Below the pieces are notes generated by a model that searched no databases, had not been told where the DNA came from, and saw only the letters and a program-made list of their open reading frames with translations. The position numbers were made by a program, and so were the translations under genes. A DNA stretch of 43,447 bases, taken from positions 1 through 43,447 of IMG/VR virus record IMGVR_UViG_3300025018_000243. One strand, given 5' to 3'. Positions 37,438 through 43,447 of this stretch are shown piece after piece; position 1 is the stretch's first letter; each line of letters opens with the position of its first letter. This stretch comes from a virus. Taxonomy: Duplodnaviria > Caudoviricetes.

Positions 37438-37848
37438 CTATTTTTTAGTAACTCTTAGATATTGATAATCACTGGTAGCATCATGCACCCCTGGTGGAAG
37501 CCAGTCAAATTGTCCCTCATTATGTTTAGTGTGAACAAGATCCTTGATGTGAGAAGACAGGGTGTTGGCATTCACAGAAGCCAAGTCATCAAACTCTCCT
37601 CGCTCTTTCAACCAAGAGTAACAAGCATCCTTATCCACACACTTGTAATATTCTTTTTGAACAACTTTTACTTTACCGAATGCGCCTTCATTCTCAGTCT
37701 TATCGAGTTCTTCAAGGGCGGCGATAACTTTTGATTGAGCTTCTTTTGTCTCGTTGACAATCTCTTTCATCCGCTCTTCGGCTTTTTTCTGGTAGTCTCT
37801 TTTTTTAATAAAATCTTCGCAGAGCGCGTCGAGTTCTTCTACGGTCAT
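37438..37848 (-). CDS. Coiled-coil phage replication-cluster protein (Gam/gp33-like pattern)
   Basis: Coiled coil plus WLKERG..DL..VNANTL...PPGV, a pattern typically found next to phage SSB genes. Confidence 0.6.
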   Translation of the reverse strand: MTVEELDALCEDFIKKRDYQKKAEERMKEIVNETKEAQSKVIAALEELDKTENEGAFGKVKVVQKEYYKCVDKDACYSWLKERGEFDDLASVNANTLSSHIKDLVHTKHNEGQFDWLPPGVHDATSDYQYLRVTKK

Positions 37849-37858
37849 GGTTGCCCCC

Positions 37859-39373
37859 TCATAGCATTTGTCTTAATACTTGATAGCCAATGCTCTTCTT
37901 ACTTGCAAGAGCTTTCAATACTTGCTCGTCGATTGTACCCGGTGTCACAAGATCTATGCGCGTAACTTTATCATGGCGTTCAGAGCCTCCACGGTAATTT
38001 CTTGCTTCAGCTTGGATGTCATACTCCAGGGAGAAAGAGCGAGAGTAAAATATAGAGTGAGAAGCGGATACAAGGTTAATACCAATACCCCCCGAACCAG
38101 GATGACCAATAAGGACACGACACTTAGGATCATTATTGAGCCGATCCACGGCAACCATTTTATTTTTCTGCGTAATGTCCCCGTGTACCTCAACAAAATC
38201 CAGTTTAAGTTTCTCGCAGACCTCTCGAATGTCATTGTAGTTCTCCTTGAATACAGCCCACACGAGCACCTTGTTGCTCGGTGCTATATCGGTGAGCAAT
38301 TCTTTTAGCGCGTCTTTCCTTGGGTTGTTTTTAAACTTGTGTGCGGTTCTCTCTCCGCCTCCATCCTCAAGGTTTACAAAGCCTGATACTATTTGCTGGA
38401 GACGAAGAGCCTTTGTCATCGCGTACTCAGCAACCGCCGCCTTCACGTTGGGCTCCCCCTGGCGTTTGAGTTCTTCCAGGGAGGACATTTCAGTTTCTAT
38501 GTAGGTGATAAGTTGTTGGCGCATTTCGATGTAGGCTTTTTCTTGCTCCTTACTCATGCCCACTTCAATGCTCTTTTTGACGAGTGGGGGAAGATCCAGG
38601 CAATCGGCTTTTGTGACGTGCATCGAGCGACGGGAGACAAGTCGATTGATCTCGTCGGCTGCATCTTTCTTAGGTCTCCAATCGGGGTAGTATTTATGCG
38701 ATGGCATCCCGGCGTTGTAGTCTTGAAAGAAGCGGTTACGAAACTGGAAATAGTTTTGCCCAAAAGTTTTTCCACCGTCGAGTATTCTGAACTGTGCGAA
38801 GAGATCCTCCATTGAGTTCAGTACAGGAGTTCCAGTGAGTATGAACTTGTACGGTGCTATGTCAGCGATCTTGATACAGGACTGAGAACGTGCAGTCCGT
38901 TGATCCTTACACCTATGAGACTCATCGAGAATAAAAATCTCTGGTGCCCACTCCTGAAGCCTTAGAAAAAGCTCCCCTGGTGTGCGCGTTTTCTTCTTCG
39001 GGTCTTTTTTGGAGCCCATGGTGAGTGTTTCGTAGTTGGTAATCAGAATTTTGTTTTGATCACCCACGCGGTCCAGAATTTTTAGACGTTCTTTACCTGT
39101 CCCATATAAAACGATAATATCTTTTGCGTCGATTTTAGAGTGCATGAGATACTCTTTCTTCCAGTTTTCAAGCACAATCGGTGGAGCAACAATCAGAGTC
39201 TTAAGAAGCCTTCCTGCTTTCATGTACTTGTACCGGGCGGCGTTTATCGCAGTCATGGTTTTCCCAGCACCGACTTCAAAAAAGAAGCCATACGACTCTT
39301 TATCCAAAGTTTCTTGAACGGCTTTCCTTTGGTGTTCCCAGGGTGGAACTTTAAAAAAACTATCGTTTAACAC
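37859..39373 (-). CDS. SNF2-family (SF2) helicase
   Basis: EVGAGKT; DESH; LTGTP; LRLQQI; GIGINL; QAEARNYR. Confidence 0.93.
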   Translation of the reverse strand: MLNDSFFKVPPWEHQRKAVQETLDKESYGFFFEVGAGKTMTAINAARYKYMKAGRLLKTLIVAPPIVLENWKKEYLMHSKIDAKDIIVLYGTGKERLKILDRVGDQNKILITNYETLTMGSKKDPKKKTRTPGELFLRLQEWAPEIFILDESHRCKDQRTARSQSCIKIADIAPYKFILTGTPVLNSMEDLFAQFRILDGGKTFGQNYFQFRNRFFQDYNAGMPSHKYYPDWRPKKDAADEINRLVSRRSMHVTKADCLDLPPLVKKSIEVGMSKEQEKAYIEMRQQLITYIETEMSSLEELKRQGEPNVKAAVAEYAMTKALRLQQIVSGFVNLEDGGGERTAHKFKNNPRKDALKELLTDIAPSNKVLVWAVFKENYNDIREVCEKLKLDFVEVHGDITQKNKMVAVDRLNNDPKCRVLIGHPGSGGIGINLVSASHSIFYSRSFSLEYDIQAEARNYRGGSERHDKVTRIDLVTPGTIDEQVLKALASKKSIGYQVLRQML

Positions 39374-39430
39374 TTCACTCCCCTAATTTTGTGTTACTCT
39401 TTACTTACGCACCGAACCATGGATGGGCTA

Positions 39431-39450
39431 AAGCCCCAGGGACGGGGCTT
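39431..39450. terminator. Hairpin, possible terminator or processing site
   Basis: AAGCCCC-AGGGAC-GGGGCTT directly after the stop of 39452; U-tract is short on the coding strand. Confidence 0.45.
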
Positions 39451-39451
39451 A

Positions 39452-39751
39452 TTATTTTCTTCTTGCGACTTCCAGCGCGTACCTTTGTTCAATTTCTTCA
39501 AGCTCAGGATGATTATGAAAGTTTCCCACCTTTACAAGCTGGTAAGGACCAAGACCAATTAACTGTTTAGCACTACGAACTCGGAAGATATACATCGTCT
39601 CGGACTTAAAGCTATCGTCAGCATGGTTTCGTAAGAACTTTTGTTTGTGATACCCTTCAAGAATTGGAATGAGATCTTTTTCAATGTGGGCGATGTACTC
39701 AGCTTTCGTGCTGGATACAACCGCTATTGTTTTTAACCCCGTAATAGTCAT
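39452..39751 (-). CDS. Hypothetical protein
   Basis: RBS GGGGGAG before ATG 39751. Confidence 0.65.
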   Translation of the reverse strand: MTITGLKTIAVVSSTKAEYIAHIEKDLIPILEGYHKQKFLRNHADDSFKSETMYIFRVRSAKQLIGLGPYQLVKVGNFHNHPELEEIEQRYALEVARRK

Positions 39752-39759
39752 TTCTCCCC

Positions 39760-40461
39760 CTACCAATACAAATACCAGACTTCATCAAGGAGAACGGCGT
39801 GTAGCTGCAGCGTGATCCTCCAGCCTCCCTGGTCTGGTTCAAACGGTTTAATCTGGTGAACATAAAGCCCTGAGTGCATGACCATTTCGTCCACCTTGTA
39901 AAACACGGTGCCAACTGGCTCTTCACTCTCAACTTTCTTTTTCATCTCTTCAATACCAACCCGGTGTAAATCATCGCTGGTAAAATCCCAGACATACATG
40001 CCAGCACGTTTAGGGATCTCAACGGGTATCACGGCTGTAAAGAGAGTGTGTAATCCAACTCGTGATCCCCAGTCGAACTGGTCATAAGGAACATCAACGT
40101 GTGGCCTTGCAAGCGGCTCTTCAAATTCTTTACAATACTTAAAGACATGAAAGCCTGGAATGCTCACCCCGTCCATAAAGCGAACCTTAGCGTTTAGGGC
40201 ATGCTCAAAAAACTGCAGCATGAAACAGTACAAGTGGGGAAAGACTTCAAGGAGCTGGTCGTTCTTAAACTTTACAAACTCTTCGTACTCATGTTTTGTT
40301 CTGACACTTCGGTCCTTATAGCTCGCGCTCCCTACAGTCCAAAAGTTTTCACGATGCTTGATCGCAAGTGGAAGCGAGTCCACCACATTCTTAACGGTAC
40401 GCGCAGTATAAGAGACGTGGAACGGATGCCTTATAAATTCAGTTAAGAGATCCAGACTCAC
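39760..40461 (-). CDS. 2OG-Fe(II) oxygenase-like protein
   Basis: PGFHVF...PHVD (HxD)...VHQI (distal His)...RITLQLH (2OG-binding Arg). Confidence 0.75.
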   Translation of the reverse strand: MSLDLLTEFIRHPFHVSYTARTVKNVVDSLPLAIKHRENFWTVGSASYKDRSVRTKHEYEEFVKFKNDQLLEVFPHLYCFMLQFFEHALNAKVRFMDGVSIPGFHVFKYCKEFEEPLARPHVDVPYDQFDWGSRVGLHTLFTAVIPVEIPKRAGMYVWDFTSDDLHRVGIEEMKKKVESEEPVGTVFYKVDEMVMHSGLYVHQIKPFEPDQGGWRITLQLHAVLLDEVWYLYW

Positions 40462-40696
40462 TGGTGCTCCCTCCAGGGTAGTAGTTCACTTCGCTTGGAT
40501 CGCGTGGGCCTTTGAGAATGTTGAATAAATGATGAGTAAACTCTTCACACTCTTCCACACTTCTTAGAAGAAGGTTACTTGTGAAGACGATCTGCACAGC
40601 ATCGTCTTTTTCACCGACTGTGATATAGATCTCCGGAACATGTAGCTCCACTCCTTCGTTCTCAATAACTTTTGCTCCGAAATCAACTCGACCCAT
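40439..40696 (-). CDS. Hypothetical protein
   Basis: RBS AAGGGAG; overlapping operon packing. Confidence 0.6.
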   Translation of the reverse strand: MGRVDFGAKVIENEGVELHVPEIYITVGEKDDAVQIVFTSNLLLRSVEECEEFTHHLFNILKGPRDPSEVNYYPGGSTSESGSLN

Positions 40697-40880
40697 TTTT
40701 CTCCCTTAGTATTGGAGGTTCTAGTTTCACTTTGGCTTTATACGGTCCTGTCTGCTCAATCATCGGTCGCAGTTTTGTCGCATGATCTTTACAGAGATGA
40801 AACTCCCAGTTGTCTCGAGTCTTCCCGGTGTGGGAGCCTTGCTCACGACATCCCTGGTAAGTACAGTTAACCTTTGTCAT
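40683..40880 (-). CDS. Small zinc-finger protein
   Basis: CTYQGC...LCKDH. Confidence 0.6.
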   Translation of the reverse strand: MTKVNCTYQGCREQGSHTGKTRDNWEFHLCKDHATKLRPMIEQTGPYKAKVKLEPPILREKNGSS

Positions 40881-41073
40881 CTGTTAGCCTTTCACACTCG
40901 TCAAGCTCTTGAAGGAACTCATTGTAAGTTTCAATTCGGGCCTGCAGTTTATCAAGAGTTGATTTAGAATAGCTACCTGACTCCTGAATTTCTTTGATCA
41001 TGTTCTCAGCCATCTGACGTTTTACTTTTATGATCGTGCGAAGGTACTCGGCCACACTTCTATTGCTTGGCAC
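40867..41073 (-). CDS. Small coiled-coil hypothetical protein
   Basis: Operon packing; helical. Confidence 0.55.
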   Translation of the reverse strand: MPSNRSVAEYLRTIIKVKRQMAENMIKEIQESGSYSKSTLDKLQARIETYNEFLQELDECERLTDDKG

Positions 41074-41677
41074 TTTTTTTCTCCTGCTTTTTTAGTTTTC
41101 TCAGATACTCGGCACGAGAATATTCGACAGTCTTGTCAGTCATAGCCCAGTGGAGCTTACCGTTTTCGTCCCGATACTTCTTCCAGTTCACGACAACTGG
41201 GCGCTGGGCGCGGGTTTGCTGGATCTGTGCTACCAGGGGTTTCTTCCACTCTTCGAGTTGCACTTTGATAATCTCTGGGGTTTTCTTAAGGTTTGCTTCA
41301 GCATGATCAAGACGCTGGGCCATTTTGATGTAACCGTTCTGAATTGTTTCATTGAGTTTTTTAAGGTTCTTGATCTCTTGCTCGTTAGCCTTCATGAAGT
41401 TCTCGCCGTTCTCAGCTAAGTTCTGAGTGTGATCAAGGGAGTCTTGCATTTCTTTCTGCGCTTTTTCAAGAGCCTGGAAGCGGGACTCAATCCCTTCGTA
41501 GGCTTTGATTTTATTCTCGAGTGCATTGATCTGGATCTTTAGACGATCCTCGGCTGTGACTTCAGCTTTTTCCTCTGGTTCAAGAATGAATTTATTTACT
41601 GCGATCACGCCCAGTGCAAAGACTGCGACGGCTATCATTACGACTTCCATGTGAGATACTCCCCCCTGTTGTTTCAT
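41060..41677 (-). CDS. Membrane-anchored coiled-coil protein
   Basis: TM VVMIAVAVFALGVIAV followed by a long coiled coil. Confidence 0.75.
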   Translation of the reverse strand: MKQQGGVSHMEVVMIAVAVFALGVIAVNKFILEPEEKAEVTAEDRLKIQINALENKIKAYEGIESRFQALEKAQKEMQDSLDHTQNLAENGENFMKANEQEIKNLKKLNETIQNGYIKMAQRLDHAEANLKKTPEIIKVQLEEWKKPLVAQIQQTRAQRPVVVNWKKYRDENGKLHWAMTDKTVEYSRAEYLRKLKKQEKKSAKQ

Positions 41678-41680
41678 CTC

Positions 41681-42031
41681 TTACTCCTTAATTAACTTCA
41701 GCACAGCCTCTCGGTCTTCGGGGCTTAAAGACATCAAAGTATCAACAAGCTCACCGATGCGTTGCCAACGCGCTGATTTTTTCATCGGGTTTTCTTTTTG
41801 AGGTACATCCACAACTGGGTTAGAAGAAGCGCCGTTACTTAGAAACTTTCTCTTTAAACTTTTTAGAGCTTCGTAGCGTTGGCCCGTTGGTTGTCCGATC
41901 CCATTTTTCCAGTTGCGCACAGACCCACCTGCTTTAGCCCCAACAGCTCTGGCAAACTTAGTATCGTTGAGACGCATCCTCTCTTGTATCTTTACAATTT
42001 CCTCTGGCGTCACGTATTCATTTAGTTCCAT
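41681..42031 (-). CDS. HTH (XRE-like) DNA-binding protein
   Basis: TPEEIVKIQERMRL...FARAVG...SVRNWKNG...P; RBS AAGGAG before ATG 42031. Confidence 0.75.
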   Translation of the reverse strand: MELNEYVTPEEIVKIQERMRLNDTKFARAVGAKAGGSVRNWKNGIGQPTGQRYEALKSLKRKFLSNGASSNPVVDVPQKENPMKKSARWQRIGELVDTLMSLSPEDREAVLKLIKE

Positions 42032-42041
42032 TGTTTCTCCT

Positions 42042-42239
42042 TTATATTGCACCTGACGGTTCACATTTCTTCTCTTCACTTTTTTGCTTTTCTAAAAGTT
42101 TAAAAACTTTCTCAAGGAACTCAGACAGAGGGATCTCGTCGCCTTTGTCCGTCACAAGTACGAAGTCCGAAACATTATAAGTCATGTGTTGGTACATACC
42201 TTGAGCCATCTTGTGCTGGAGGCGGATCTTTTTAATCAT
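42042..42239 (-). CDS. Hypothetical protein
   Basis: ATGA coupling. Confidence 0.55.
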   Translation of the reverse strand: MIKKIRLQHKMAQGMYQHMTYNVSDFVLVTDKGDEIPLSEFLEKVFKLLEKQKSEEKKCEPSGAI

Positions 42240-42544
42240 GAAAACAATCCCCCTAAGATACGAGTCAAGGGATGCTCATCGTCGTCCCGGTCCTTCATAA
42301 AGACTTGTCCTTTACGGTTGTACCATATGGCCTTCTTACTTGGGTTATCGACAAACCCACCTTTTTGAAGTGCGGCTTCAGCTCTTTCCCAACAGCGTTT
42401 CTTTTTCTCCATGAGGTCTCTTAGTTCTTTTTCCATGAACTTGCGACGCTCTTCCATCTGAGTGAGATGATCGTCAAGGATCTCGAAAGCTTTTTTCAGT
42501 TCTTCGTTGTCGTTGTAATTACAAACGTACTCTTCTTGGCTCAA
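42236..42544 (-). CDS. Hypothetical protein
   Basis: RBS AGGAG before TTG; coiled coil. Confidence 0.6.
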   Translation of the reverse strand: MSQEEYVCNYNDNEELKKAFEILDDHLTQMEERRKFMEKELRDLMEKKKRCWERAEAALQKGGFVDNPSKKAIWYNRKGQVFMKDRDDDEHPLTRILGGLFS

Positions 42545-42816
42545 AACGGTAACTCCTGCGCTGAAAGATTTTTATCTAAGTACAAAGTGATCTCAAGCTC
42601 AACTCCGTCCGCTATCTTAAATTTCAAAGCCTCTCGATTACGATAGTCGCTATCTGCAGCATACCCTTTCAGTTCAATCTCTGGAGATTGGAGCATCTGA
42701 ATTACTCGTTGCCGAAAGTTATCACGAATATCGAAATGTTCTTGCCTAAAAACTCCTGTGGATAATTCTTTAGATGCTTGCACTGTCAAACCTCTCAGAA
42801 ATTTTAGGAGTCTCAC
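42541..42816 (-). CDS. Hypothetical protein (start uncertain)
   Basis: Fills the operon; coupled at its 3' end. Confidence 0.55.
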   Translation of the reverse strand: MRLLKFLRGLTVQASKELSTGVFRQEHFDIRDNFRQRVIQMLQSPEIELKGYAADSDYRNREALKFKIADGVELEITLYLDKNLSAQELPF

Positions 42817-43105
42817 GCTCCCCTAATATATGCTCAACGCAAACAACGTCGCCGCTGTTAATTTCGTGCCAGTTCTTTTGAACCCAGTCGTGCGCAACCC
42901 GCATCGTGCGAGCCATGTTCCATTCGTAAGGGTCATAACAACTTCTGCTATTAGAGAAGACGACTATCTGAATAAGGTTTGTGTCGCGTCCGAAACCAGC
43001 GCGACGTAAGATATAAGACTCTTGCGGGTCATTGCTCTCACATAAAAATGCAGCCGCCCATATAGCAGTACCCGCATCACGTATTTCTAACATCTTAAAA
43101 TCCAT
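42770..43105 (-). CDS. Hypothetical protein, first gene of the leftward replication operon
   Basis: LEIRDAGT...DPYEW...RTMRVAH...GDVVCVEHILGE; RBS AAGGGG. Confidence 0.75.
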   Translation of the reverse strand: MDFKMLEIRDAGTAIWAAAFLCESNDPQESYILRRAGFGRDTNLIQIVVFSNSRSCYDPYEWNMARTMRVAHDWVQKNWHEINSGDVVCVEHILGERETPKISERFDSASI

Positions 43106-43136
43106 TTGCTTGCCCCTTGATAAGTAGCAAGCAAAT
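43104..43136. promoter_or_regulatory. Perfect 10-bp inverted repeat over the translation start of 42770-43105
   Basis: ATTTGCTTGC (43104-43113), N13, GCAAGCAAAT (43127-43136). Confidence 0.55.
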
Positions 43137-43220
43137 TATTTCATTGTTGACTTGTGTGCAAGAACTTTTAAAAATTCTACACAACCTTAACGCAACTTTG
43201 GTTCATCATGTGGGGGCACA

Positions 43221-43447
43221 GTGCTACAAATACGTAAAATATATGAGTTTATTCCTAAAGGTCAAACCAACATAATCAAGGATGACAAGCCGCTCGACCC
43301 AGATATAGTGTTTCCGACGGTCGAAGAACTCATATCTAGTCTCGACGAAAAAATCCAGAGCATTCCAGAAAAAGATCGTGTGAACTTGTTTTGTACTCTC
43401 TGGCACCAGTCGCCAGAGGCTGATAAGCGCAAGAAAAAGACTTGGGG
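43221..43447 (+). CDS. N-terminal part of the primase-helicase (continues at position 4 across the junction; 811 aa in total)
   Basis: GTG 43221 after GGGGG RBS; open frame MLQIRKIYEF...PDIVFPTVEEL joins the 4-2352 ORF in frame. Confidence 0.85.
   Translation, partial: MLQIRKIYEFIPKGQTNIIKDDKPLDPDIVFPTVEELISSLDEKIQSIPEKDRVNLFCTLWHQSPEADKRKKKTW
43305..43447 (+). repeat. Terminal direct repeat, right copy
   Basis: Matches 1-143 with 2 substitutions. Confidence 0.97.

Noticed and set aside
39395-39450. tRNA-like GGTTCG with nearby hairpin on the minus strand
   Set aside because: No cloverleaf, acceptor stem or anticodon arm could be built
1-43447. Alternative genetic code or stop-codon readthrough
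   Set aside because: Standard code gives dense, intact gene packing, and all three stop codons are used as terminators

Overview
The window is an apparently complete, circularly permuted tailed-phage genome of about 43.3 kb. Bases 1-143 recur at 43305-43447 with two synonymous differences, and this junction splits the primase gene. The architecture is podovirus-like (P22/T7-type tail and ejection genes). There are four modules. (1) A P4/D5-type primase-SF3 helicase followed by an iteron/AT-rich origin candidate. (2) A leftward early operon of small orphan genes (2.8-5.3 kb) behind a near-consensus sigma28 (FliA)-type promoter. (3) A rightward late operon (5.8-31.9 kb) with terminase, portal, scaffold, capsid, several fibre-like proteins, an embedded Gram-negative-type lysis cassette (holin, putative spanins, M15 endolysin), an HNH-AP2 endonuclease, tail tube/adaptor proteins, and ejection proteins interleaved with a GNAT and a cupin. 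(4) A leftward replication/accessory operon (31.9-43.1 kb) with VRR-NUC nuclease, family A DNA polymerase, DEDDh exonuclease, an Acb2/Tad1-like anti-defence sponge candidate preceded by a compact RNA pseudoknot, an SSB-like protein, SNF2 helicase and an orphan 2OG-Fe(II) oxygenase. No integrase, tRNA, CRISPR array or reverse transcriptase was recognised. All family calls come from motif recognition by eye, not from database searches.
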